DNA of 64,000 nt, taken from Azolla caroliniana (Eukaryota; Plantae; Polypodiophyta). The translations under genes and the position numbers were made by a program. A model generated the notes under the pieces. It searched no databases, was not told where the DNA came from, and saw only the letters and a list, made by a program, of their open reading frames with translations. This document shows, in pieces, positions 26,091 to 38,370 of this stretch (within the stretch, counting starts at the first letter, position 1; the number at the start of each line of letters is the position of its first letter). The stretch spans positions 2,604,001 through 2,668,000 of the forward strand of contig JBHGNT010000012.1 of assembly GCA_043228905.1 (NCBI GenBank), written 5' to 3'.

Positions 26091-26459
26091 GTTACTTTTT
26101 TATTACTTTTTTTTGTAATGCATAAATAGCCGGTTCATAAAATATGAACCGGCTAGATTCCGGTTTTGGGGAAATTCTAGCCGGAATCAATTCCGGCTCT
26201 TCCCCACCTTGGCCGGCAAAAGTCCTCACCCAACCGGAACGCTAACACTGTTCCTGGGACTTTGCCCAACACTAGGTGGGGGTAATACAAGTTTCATTAA
26301 AGACAAGGAATGGGGGGAAAACGGTTGGGGGATGTTCATTCCATTTTGGGGGTTATTTTCCCCTCACGTGCAAGTTAGTGCTTTTGAAAGTTGCATGATG
26401 ACTTCATTTTGGCACTTCTTTTTCCTCATCGTGTCTCCTCTTCCTCTATCCAAGGTAGA

Positions 26460-27182
26460 TTGACTTAGACGGTAACCACGGGTATATGGGAAGGTGGCTC
26501 ATATGAAGCAAAAGCAACCTTCTAGCCGGAAGTGCTAGAAATCTCAAAGAAAACCGACTTTGATGAAATCCGGAGCGCCACGGATAACATATGGAAAGTT
26601 ATGGGATGGGAGGGCCTCATAGATAAGAATAGCGTATACACCTTATGTCAACTGCATGAGGTGTACGTAGATGAGAAGCAACAACGCATGGGTGATGTAG
26701 TCGGACCATCGAAGATGCCAGAGAGCTGGAACTTCAAAGGGAAAGGAAAAGGGAAAACAATTCCGGCATTCAAACTCGCCTCAGACATCGAACAACGGAT
26801 GAACCTAAAGAAGGTGTTTGAAGAGAGAATCCTTAATAGTCGGGTGGATTTTTCCCTCCGAGAATTGCTCGGAATTGTGAAGGAGTTCCATGATATCCTC
26901 GTGGATCTCGTAAAAAGAAAGAGGCAAGCTAAGAAGGAGACAAATGTTCCAAGGGTAAATGCGAGTACCATTCTAATGAATGACACGGAAGTGGAGGATG
27001 AAATTCCGAACTCCCACTACACAAAGCCACATTGGGCAAGAGTAACTACAAATACTCTAGTTCGGATTCCAAACATCAAAGAGCCCCTAGTTGCGTTGAT
27101 TGATCATGGATCGGAGATCAATTTGATGTCTAAGGAGTTCTACCAGAAGGGGAAGTGGCCTATAAACACTAGTCATGGATGG
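26460..27182 (+). pseudogene. Ty3/Gypsy (non-chromovirus) gag-protease fragment
   Basis: ORF 26532+ contains the aspartic protease motif LVALIDHGSEINLMS; it is cut at 27182 by LTR F. Confidence 0.75.
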
Positions 27183-27194
27183 TGTCAAATACAA

Positions 27195-28193
27195 TGTCAA
27201 GGAAATCTGCGGCTTGCAGGTCGGCTCGGGTGGGACCACCGGGGTCTCGGACTGGGGAGAAGGATGGATGGGTGAACTAGGCTTCGTTGGTATCGACTCC
27301 CTTGACTAGGGCTCCGGCCTAGTTGTCATCTCTTAGTGTTGATTGCGCGTTGACTTCATCCTGCTTGGTTGGCCGATTCTCCTTCAGCCTTCTTAGTCGA
27401 TCGGACCAGACCTACTCCTAGCCATTCAGATGGACCCGACGCCCCCAACCAACACTTTATAATCGTATTGGCCCCCTTTTGACTACCACAATGCCGAATA
27501 AGAAATCAAGAGAGAGAGAGAAAGATGCACACTATACACAAAAACTAGTAAGAGAGAGAAAGCAGGACAAAACGTTTAACATAGAAACGACAGGTTATAT
27601 ATATAGAGACAATTGATTACATTCGTATTGTTGAGCCAAACCAAGACAATTGGATACAACGAGTATCTATAGGCAAGCCTCCAGTCGAGGAGCTCTCGGG
27701 CTCGCGGTTGCGACTGGAGGCCTTGCAGAGTAGTCGGAGTAGAAACCAGAAACCTCGGAGCCAACGAGCTCAAGAAACCCTAATCCCTAAACACTCTTAA
27801 CACACCAAAAAGGGACCCCAAAATAGAGAGAGAAAAGAAAACCAAAACGGGGAACCTCTAATAAGAGCCCCTTCACTTCCTTTTATAGTCCAAGGAGGGA
27901 GGGTTGTTACAAAGGTCAGTCAAATCTTCCCCTCTTTTAAGAGGAGATTTCTTGCTTTGATTTAAGGAGTGATCGAAGAGGTACATTAAAACTTCTCTCA
28001 CTTTCACATCTACCCCACTACCCACTATGTGTGCATGTGCACTAATGTACACATCATACTTATTCCCGCAATAACTCCTTTGTGCACTTTAGCACCCTTT
28101 ACATTTCCCTAATGTACATGTGCAATCATTGCACATCCCTGTTCTTGCCCACTCCACTCGATTTTCCCACTGTAGCCGGAAATCTTCACGATA
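27195..28193 (-). mobile_element. Probable solo LTR G (~1 kb) inserted 12 bp into LTR F
   Basis: Imperfect terminal inverted repeats TGTCAAGGAAATCTGCGGCTTGCAG / CTGTAGCCGGAAATCTTCACGATA; TATA-like motif on the minus strand near 27885; TSD degenerate. Confidence 0.55.
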
Positions 28194-28312
28194 ACGGGTG
28201 TATAATGGTCGTATTCACATTGTCCATTGGACAAACTAGGTTTAGGACAATTCTGTAAATATGTCAAAGGGTAGTTGCCCTAGCCCAATTAGTATATAAA
28301 TGGCTTTGTAAC

Positions 28313-31300
28313 TGTTGAGCGACAAGCTCAACCGGATCTAGATCGGCTGAATAAGCCTAAGCCGGATCGGCATCCAAAAGGATGAGCCGGATCGGTGAGC
28401 CGGTGAGCTAGGGAGCCGGTTAGCTGGATCAAGCAATAACCGGAAGCCAAGTAGCAGCTAGTCTACTAGGGAGTTAATATCTCGTAGTTAGTGTCAGACG
28501 CTCGTGTGAGCATTGAAGTACACCGTACTTCTGTCAGTCCGTATGGACTTGTATAAAAGTGTTTGTTGAACACATACGATGTACAGACTGAGTAGTATTT
28601 TTTGAAATTGAGTTTCTGTGTGCTCTCTCTCTCTCTCTCTCTCCCGCGTATTGTTAAGCTCTCCATTAAACCTGTTCTCTGTTTTCTATTGCTTCCGCAC
28701 GCTATTTGTTTCTACATGGTATTAGAGCGCGAGGGTTGAGAACCTCTATAGCCGACATTCGTTTTCGCAAGAAGAAAACCTAACCTTTGTAAAGAACAGG
28801 AAGGAAAAAAAAACAAAACAAAAAACAAATGGATAGAGGAATGGCTAGCTCGCTTCCGGTGGAGAAGCTCGATAGATCCAACTACGCATCTTGGTCATAC
28901 AAGGTGCACCAGTACCTGCTTGGGCATGGTTACTGGAGCTATGTCGATGGAGCTAACGACACAACACTTGATGCGGCACACAAGGAATTCCCGGTGTGGG
29001 AACAATCGGCAAGCAGAGTGATGTACTGCTTTGCGTCCAGTGTCGGAGACCAGCTGCTGAGCCACGTTCGAGATGCCAAGACGTTGAAAGAGGCTTGGGG
29101 AAACCTGAAGAAGGTGTTCTCCGCAAGCACTACAACCTGGAAGCTGCAACTCCGACAGGAGTTGAGCAATGTCCGACAGAAGGACATGTTGGTGGCTGAT
29201 TACACGGCTCGAATCAAAGAGATCTGTGACTCGCTTGCCTCTATCAACGTCACTGTAGAGGAAGACGAGATGGTACAAGTCTGTCTTGGGGGCCTGGCGT
29301 CTAAGTTCCGAGCTTTCCGGACAACAATATGTATGAGGGAGAATACACCGTCATTTTTTGACTTACAGTCGATGCTCCTTGTAGAGGAGAACCACGCCGG
29401 TGCGTCAACAAGTGCACCTACCAACAACCGGATGCTGTACACGGAGGCGGATCGGCCCCGTGGGCGTGGTGGATGAGGCGGGTCAGCACGCAATGGAGGT
29501 GGCCGGTAAGGGCAAGACCGACGACATAGAGACCGTGCCGATAGTAGTTCCGGGACCTCCACAACCAGGGGGAGTGAAGGCGGCGCCGGAAGCTGGCAAG
29601 ACAAATCCGCCACGGAATGCTGGTACTGTGGCAAAAAGGGCCATAGAGAAAGTGAGTGTTGGAAGAAGCACGCCGATTCGGATAGATCAAGATCCGGTAA
29701 AACCGGTCGGGAGAACTGGCAAAGCTCGCACTACGTGCAAGGATCGAAAGGATCGGGAACCGGGAAGACCGGTAAGGGGCAAGCCTCGGTGATGAAGCAC
29801 GAGGCAAATTCGATGAAGAAGACCACTTCCAAATCTGAGGAAGTGTGGTACCAGCTTCGACTTTTGACCCCGACCCGATACCGAAGAATGAGGCTAGTGA
29901 GCCTGAACCGGTCCAGATAGAAGATGATGAATCTGGGATTCAAGAAGAGAGTCCGGAATCGTTTCGGTTGAGTGGGTTGAACGAGAGGAACCGGTGAATA
30001 GTGAAGACTCTGCCGTGCTCTCCCCGCGCAAGGAACCGAGGAGATGGTTCACGCGCAAAGAGAAAGGGAAGAAGAAGATGCCGGATTATGAAACCGGTAA
30101 TGATGAGTCGGATCAGAGCGGATCCCACTCTGGAAAGGAAAATGACGGTTCTTCTGCACCGAAGACTGAACCGGCCAAGAAGGGCCTCAAACCGAGTAAC
30201 GGTGGGTTACACCGGTCAACCCGCCAGAAGGAACCTGTTAAGCGGTACGGATACAATGAGTACATGACGCATCACTATGCGTACATGACCAAGGTGGCAG
30301 AAGTGTGTGAGCCGGAGAGCTACGCAGAAGCGGCAAACGATGCACATTGGCATGCCACTATGGAAGAAGAGATGCGGGCACTTGATGCCAACGAGACATG
30401 GGACCTAGTTGACCCTCCCTGTCACTGTAAACCGATTGGATGCAAGTGGGTGTACAAGGTAAAGTACAATGCCGACGGTTCAGTTAACCGGTACAAGGCC
30501 CGGTTAGTGGCGAAGGGATACATGCAGACCCACAGAATTGACGACGGTGAGACCTTCGCTCCAGTAGCGAAGATGACGACGGTTCGTGTGGTGTTGGCGG
30601 TTGCTGCGGCAAGGGAGTGGCATCTTCACCAGATGGACGTGAAGAATGCATTTATTCAAGGCGATCTAGAAGAAGAGGTCTTTATGACCCAACCTCCCGG
30701 TTTCTAGACAGAGATGAACAAGTTGGCGGTATGCCGGCTGAAGAAGTCACTTTATGGCCTGAAGCAAGCCCCCCGAGCTTGGAATGCGAAGATCACGCAC
30801 CGGTTGCGTAAGATGGGGTTTGTGGCCTCCAAATCCGACTCTTCATTGTTCATCCGGCAAGGTCCGGACGGTCCGGTTTGCATCTTGTTGTATGTTGATG
30901 ATCTGGTCATCACCGAACCTGGACTTGATGAAATCAGCCGAGTCAAGTCCCAATTGTCGGACACATTTGAGATGAAGGATCTGGGGGACCTTCATTATTT
31001 CCTTGGGATCGAGGTGATCCGAACCCCCGATGGCATATTGCTCTCACAGAGACACTATGTGTTGAATATGCTGTACAAGTTCGGCATGACAGAATGCCGA
31101 CCTGTCTCTACACCCTTGGATCGGAAACAGAAGCTATGTCCCAACTCCGGACTGGCCTGCGATAAGAAACGGTTCCGACAAATTGTCGGAAGCCTTATAT
31201 ATTTGACCATCACCTGACCCGACATCAGCTATCCGGTCGGTGTGATTAGCCAATTCATGCAAAAGCCGACCGTAGAGCATCTTTAGTGCGCGCACCGAAT

Positions 31301-32583
31301 ACTGCGGTATGTGAGTGGCACGGAGGACCGGGGACTGTTATACCGGTGAGGTATGACTGGGCCGGCGATGCATCAGATCGTTGTTCAACTTCCGGCTATA
31401 TGTTTTCCCTTGGTAGCGTGACTATTGCGTGCAACAGCAAAAAGCAGCCAACAGTGGCTTTGTCGAGCACTAAGGCTGAGTATCGGGGTGCTACCATTGC
31501 CACCTATGAAGCCATTTGGCTTCAACGACTGCTGCAAGACCTGCGGATCGAGGTGCTGACCCCGATCCTGATCTACTGCAACAACATAAGCAGCATGCAG
31601 CTCGCCAAGAACCCCGTATTCCATGCTTGCACGAAGCATATCGAAGTGCACTACCACTTCGTGCGTTAGTGTGTCTTGAGCGGTGAAGTCGAACTTTGGT
31701 ATGTTCATACGGATCGGCAAGTTGCCGACATCTTCACCAAACTGCTCGGATTTGACAAGTTGCAGCACTTCACCGAAATGCTTGGTGTTCAGATCTCAAC
31801 ATGCCACACTTGAGGGGGAGAACGGGCAAAGACACCGGAACGGGCAAAGGCAAAGAGACTGCCGACTGCGCTGGTGAGTGAAGAACCGATAAAGGGAGAG
31901 ACAAGAAGAAGAAATGTGCCGAGTCGACAAAGGAAGTTGACACATCTGAACAAGTCGGAACAAGCGGTAGTGGAGGCAGAGTCAAGAAGGACAAAGCTGG
32001 CCGAAAGAAGAAGGCCAAGAGGACGAGATGGCAGCAAAAGTCGACGCCCAACACGAAGGAATCAACGGGTCGACAAGTGCCGAAGTCACAGCAGCGAGGG
32101 AGCTGATTTGGGCATGTTGAGCAGACAACCCGACCAAGGAAGTCGAGGTGCGCAGGAATAGAAGGGTCACGGCAAACAGGACCGGACCGGATGAGGAGCG
32201 CGAGCAAGGCAGAGTGATGCCAGAAGGAGCCGGGTGGATGGACTGGCTGCCATGGAGACTGACACTACGATCCGACCTCAAGTTGAGCTTGAGGGGGAGT
32301 GTTGAGCGGCAAGCTCAACCGGATCCGGATCGGCATCCAGAAGGATGAGCCGGATCGGTGAGCCAGTGAGCTGGGGAGCCGGTTAGCTGGATCAAACAGT
32401 AACCGGAAGCCAAGTAGCAGCTAGTCTACTAGGGAGTTAATATCTCGTAGTTAGTGTCAGATGCTCGTGTGAGCATTGAAGTACACCGTACTTCTGTCAG
32501 TCCGTTTGGACTTATATAAAAGTGTTCATTGAACACATACGATGTACAGACTGAGTAATATTTTTTGAAATTGAGTTTCAGTG

Positions 32584-32634
<51 letters not shown>

Positions 32635-32714
32635 CCGCGTACTGTTAAGCTCTCCATTAAACTTGTTCTCTATTTTCTGTTTTCTATTGCTTCCGCACGC
32701 TATTTGTTTCTACA
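28313..32714 (+). mobile_element. Ty1/Copia LTR retrotransposon E (same lineage as A), lacking protease and integrase
   Basis: LTRs 28313-28716 and 32300-32714; TSD GTAAC on both sides; PBS TGGTATTAGAGC; PPT TTGAGGGGGAG. Confidence 0.96.
28829..31815 (+). pseudogene. Copia E gag, RT and RNase H (stops, internal deletion)
   Basis: EKLDRSNYASW gag, CWYCGKKGHRESEC knuckle, RT ([14 protein letters not shown]), RNase H ([17 protein letters not shown]). Confidence 0.92.
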
Positions 32715-35700
32715 GTAACCTAGCCCAAAGTGTGGTTGCCTCCATTGGTTGTATCTTTGTGTTTGAATAATACAATGACATATCATGTGCCTCTCTGTCT
32801 CTCATTGTCATTTTGTCTCTTTGATCATGCTTTAATAAGCTAACTAGGTGATCTTCCTAGTATAGATAATGTTCCTATTTTAACACTAACGGTCTAAGAC
32901 TCCAACATCTGGTATCAGAGCTTGAGGTTCTTCAACTCGCTACCGGCCGTCATTTGTCTTCAACAACATTCTTGCTCCGTCTTTCTAAGGACCCTAAGTT
33001 CAACAACCATTAAGAGAAAAGAAGAGTAACACTTGAGAAGTCTGCACTCCACTGTTCTAAATCATTGTCAAAGTAAGCCAACATGCTACACTTTGCATCT
33101 TGTGATTGTAGCCGCTTGGAGTGAGACTCCCTCACTAGATCAATCATACTTGTGCTTTATTGTTTGGAAACAAGTTCTGTCGAATACAAGTGTATAATGG
33201 ACGTATTCACACTATCCCTTTGTATAGCTCAAGTCTGGGCCATTTGTGTAATTAGCATAAATGGTAGTTACCCTAAGTTTGTCACTATATAAAGTGACCT
33301 AGTAACCTTTTTGTAAGGTTGGTTGTATTATTGTTTCTATTGAATAGAAAGAGTCTTTTGTGCCTCCTTCTCTCTCTCTCTCTCTCTATCTCTGTGCACG
33401 ATCTTGGAAACTGTCATATGTAGGTACTCAACCCCAATCGAATGCTACTTGATCTTCCGCATTGACGGCCTTGTCTTCAACATCTGGTATCAGAGCAAGG
33501 TCCCTCAACCCGCTGTCGGCCGTCATCACAGCCTGCACAGTATTCGGTTTCCTGCGTCATTCGAAGAAATAGAGAAGAAAGTAGGCAAACACAAGCTTGA
33601 ATCTCGCGGCGTTAGATCATCACTCGGAGTAAGCCAGTCGGCTGTACTCTACTTCCTTGATCGTAACTGCTTGAGGTGGGCTTCCTGCACAACGACGACT
33701 TCAAGGACAACCCCAGTTCGTGTTTCATTCGATTGGACAATAATCGGAAGGACCAGTCGGTTCCATTGCTCTCACCGTTGCAATCAACCGAAACCGAATC
33801 GGCTTGAAGTACTGTCGGATCGTTAAATCTAGGTTCAACTCGACTAAGACAGTTGTCGGTAGTCAATCCGAACCAAATCCCCGATTCTCCGTAATCAACA
33901 TCACTTGTGTCCAACTTCGGCTAGAACGATACTGAGCGGGCCAAACCGCTGCACTTCACCAAAGTCCGTAGCCGACTTAGGGCAGAGTCATGACATCAAC
34001 TTCCGGCTCGTCAGAAATGAGTCTACGAAAGTTCGATGGATCGAACTTCAACTTCTGGAAGGAGCAAATGCAGGACTATCTCATAGTCAAGGGGCAAATC
34101 GATCCCATCGAAAATGAAGAACCTCCAGAAAGATACAAACCAATTGAGTGGCAGAAGCTGGACAGAATCGTCCGCGCCACGATTCGGATGCACCTATCGG
34201 AATCGGTATACTTTACGGTGCAATCGTGTACGACAACATTCGAACTGTGGAAGACACTGTCGGACACCTACGAAAAGAAGGTCGCTGCAACGAAGATGTT
34301 TCTGATCCGGCGCCTCTACAACTTGCGGATGAAAGAATCAGATTCGGTTCAAGCACATCTCAATGAGTACGAAAGCATAAGCTCCCAAATCTCATCTCAG
34401 GGGACGGCAATCGAGGATGAACTCAGAGCAATGATACTCATGAGCAGCCTTCCCTCATCATGGGAAACTTTCGTCACAACCGTGTACAACGCGTCAACCA
34501 CGGCTGTTAAATACTCCGAAGTCACGAGCGCAATCCTGACCGAAGCAGCTCGGAGAAAGTCTTTCGCCAAAGACTCAACAGACGACGCTTATGTAGTACA
34601 AGGTTCGACAGAACGACCGAACATACGAGGAAGAGATTCCTCACGGCAGCCGAACAATCAGCGAAGACGGAGCCAGTCACGGGATAATCGAATCTGCAAC
34701 TATTGCAAGAAACCCGGACACATCAAAGCCGACTGCCGCGCACTCAAGAACAAGAATGACAAGTCTCAGAAATCAGACAAGAAGAGTGGCCGGCATGAGG
34801 AGATCAATTACGTCAGCTTCTCAGCTGATGTGCTACCAAACGACCCGAATATATTATCAATCGAAAATCCAGTCGGATCAGAAGTTCTGCTCACGACTGA
34901 AGAATCGAGCACATGGCTCTTAGATTCGGGCGCGTCATTTCACGTGACTCCTCATCGATCCCAATTTCGGCAATATACGATCCGTCACTCCGACTCAGTT
35001 CGAGTCGGCAACTCGCAACACTGTGACATCATTGGAATCAGCACAGTAGAGCTCAACCTCGCAGGTGGCTCTACACTTGTACTTCACAATGTCCGACATG
35101 TACCCGAGCTCTCAAGGCCATTGATCTCAGTCGGACAACTAGATGAAGACGGCATTCGTGCCGGTTTTTCTTCGGGAGGGTGGACACTCCACAGGGGGAA
35201 CCTCCTGCTTGCTAGAGGACCCAAGATACACTCACTGTATCCGTTACATGTTACGGTCAGAGAGGGTAACCTGTTTTTGGTGGATATTCCTGTGTCATCA
35301 TTATGGCACAGAAGATTAGGACACCTCAGCAAGGCCGGCATTACGCACCTATCTAGAGCCGGATACATCCCTAAACTCTCCTTCTCGGACCATCAATTCT
35401 GCGAACATTGCCAGTATGGCAAACAAGCAGCAACATCACACCCGACATCAGCACCAAGAGAAACGAGACCTCTCGATTTAGTCCACTCGGACGTCTGTGG
35501 CCCAATGCCGCATCAGTCTCTCGGCGGTGCCTCTTACTTCGTCAGTTTTATTGACGATTCGACTCGAAAGGTGTGGGCTTATCCAATTCGCACCAAAGAT
35601 CGTGTCTTCTCGATCTTCTCCGATTGGCTCGCTATGGTAGAAAATCAAACTGACCAAAAACTGAAATGCTTTCGGACCGACAATGGGGGAGAGTTCAAAT

Positions 35701-37953
35701 CAGAAGAATTCGTCAAATTCTGCCGACAACGCGGCATCCGACGTGAATTTACGGCACCACACAGTCCGGAGCAAAACGGGATTGCAGAACGCATGAATCG
35801 GACAATCCAAGAACGGATAGTTTCCATGCTCCAACACTCCGGACTGTCGGATGGCTTCTGGGCAGAGGCTCTACTCACGGCAGTACACATAATCAATATG
35901 TCGCCAAGCAGACCTCTAGGACTTTAAATTCCTCAGGAACTATGGATCGGCAGTAAGCCGAATTACGACAAGCTGAGGATCTTCGGATGCGAGGCGTACG
36001 CCCTTATTCCGAAAGATGATCGCCGAAAACTTGCACCTCGGTCCAGGAAATGCATTTTCCTTGGATATGGATCAGACGGCGAAATGGGATACTGACTCTG
36101 GGACCCCGAACGCAGACAAATCGTTCGAAGTTCGGACGTTGTGATCAACGAGTCGGCTATGAATCCATCAGTCGAAACACCGATCGAAGTCCGAAGGGTA
36201 ACATTTTCCGATGTGCCGACCCTTCAAGAAGGCCCCGCTCTTAACACACGGTCAACTTCACGGGTAGCTGAACCTTACACTACCGACTCGGACAACTCTG
36301 ACTCGGCATAGCAGAATAATTCGCTTTCGGACCATCCGACCTCGATACCCGATACGACCAGTCCAATCATACCTCGACGATTCGAGAGACTGTCGCAACC
36401 TCCGGAGAGGTATTCTCCTGGAATTTTCTTCACCGACGCCGGCGAACCGACGTCTTACGAAGAAGCATCGACATCTGTCGATTCAGCCACCTGGCATCTG
36501 GCGATGGAGTCGGAAATGCACTCCATTCGGGCAAACAAGACTTGGGATCTGGTCGAATTACCTAAGAATCGACGTGCTCTTCCTTGCAAGTGGGTTTATC
36601 GACTAAAAGAGACGTCTGATTCGACCACCCCAAAGTACAAGGCCAGATTAGTTGCGAAGGGCTTCCGACAAGAATATGGCTTCGACTTCGACGAGATTTT
36701 TTCACCAGTGGTGAAAATGACAACCCTTCGTTTTCTACTCGGCGTAGTGGCAGCCGACAACTTGGAGCTGATTCAGCTAGATGTCAAAACAGCCTTCCTC
36801 CATGGTGATCTTGAAGAGGAAATTTATATGGAGCAGCCAAAAGGCTTCGTGGCAACTGGCCAAGAACATCTAGTCTGTCGACTCAGGAAGAGTCTATACG
36901 GCCTCAAACAGGCACTGCGACAATGGTACAAGAAGTTCGACGACTTCATCCAATCGATCGGCTTCTCAAAAAGCGATGAGGACCATTGTCTTTTTACCAA
37001 CACAGCTCAAGATGGATCACCCATCTTCCTCATCATTTACGTGGACGACATGCTAATTTCTGGACGCCACGCGGGCGAACTTGCCGATCTCATTCGGCAA
37101 TTGCGGTTGAAGTTTGCCATGAAGGACCTCGGTCCGGCACGACACATACTTGGCATGAAAATTAGTCGGCATCGCGATAAACGACATCTTTTTTTGTCTC
37201 AGACCGACTATATCGGACGTGTCTTGGAACGCTTCAACATGCAATCAGCCAAATCTGCTTCAACCCCGCTCCCCATGAATCTTCGGCTCTCTCAGCGAGA
37301 CTGCCCGACATCCGGTCCGGAGGGGGATGATATGAAGTCGGTACCGTATGCACCGGCAGTCGGCTCCCTTATGTACCTGATGGTCGCGACACGGCCTGAT
37401 ATTTCTCATGCCGTAGGAGTCGTTAGCAGATTTATGCACAATCCTGGCCGATCGCATTGGAACGCAGTCAAGCATGTGTTCAAATATCTGGCTGGCACAA
37501 AAGACCACGACATTCTTTTCGGTCCGAACTCAACCTCAGGCGTAGTCGGTTACACCGACTCGGACTTCGCCGGCTGTATAGACAGTCGGAAATCAACAAC
37601 TGGATACTGCTTCAAATTCGGCAATGAAGCAATTTCGTGGAAGTCGAAACTTCAGGAGTGCACAGCGACCTCAACGACCGAAGCAGAATATGTAGCTGCG
37701 TCCGACGCTGCAAAAGAAGCTTTGTGGCTCGGCCGGCTGGCGCACACGTTTCGACAAGTCGACCATGACTCGGCCCCAGTTGTCTATAGCGACAGTCAAG
37801 GTGTTGTTGCCTTGTCGAAAAATCCGGTTCACCACAACGCCTCCAAACATATCGACGTTCGATATCACTTCGTTCGGGACTGCGTCATTTCAGGGAAAAT
37901 CGGTCTAGAGAAAATATCCACAACCGACAATGTCGCAGATGGAATGACCAAGT

Positions 37954-38320
37954 TGTTGGGATTTCGGTCCCTCCGGATGGGATGTCCGGAGATGAATGAC
38001 GGCAAGCCCGGTTGCGGTTACGGAACCGGATGATGAAGAATACCCGGTATGAAGCCGGATGAAGAGTACCCGGATACGGATCCGGATGATGAAGACCCCG
38101 GCTACGGAGCCGAATGCTGAAGACCCCGACTACGGAGCCGGATGACGAATGTACCCGGAGAGAGATCCGGATGCGGGGACATATTTGTGAATATGTTTTG
38201 CCAAGAGCCCTTGAGGCTATATTTATAAACAAGCCCGAAAGTCATATGTGTATAAATATGACTTAGGGCAAACAGTTTGTTGTTGTTACTCATTTCTTTT
38301 ATGCGAAGTGAGAGAGCAGC

Positions 38321-38370
<50 letters not shown>

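Larger units (their letters stand above)
23501..26274. mobile_element. Non-autonomous hAT DNA transposon carrying gene fragments (Pack-hAT)
   Basis: TIRs CAGTGTTGGGCAAAGT / ACTTTGCCCAACACTA. Perfect 8-bp TSD GGTGGGGG at 23493-23500 and 26275-26282. Subterminal CCGG motifs; no transposase. Confidence 0.93.
27183..33160 (+). mobile_element. Copia F: 5' LTR, PBS and leader (relative of C/D), split by G and E
   Basis: Removing G and E restores TGTCAAATACAA-GTGTATAATGGTCGTATTCAC...CTCCAACA (ends 32907), followed by PBS TGGTATCAGAGC 32910-32921. Resembles the start of C/D LTRs. Confidence 0.75.
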
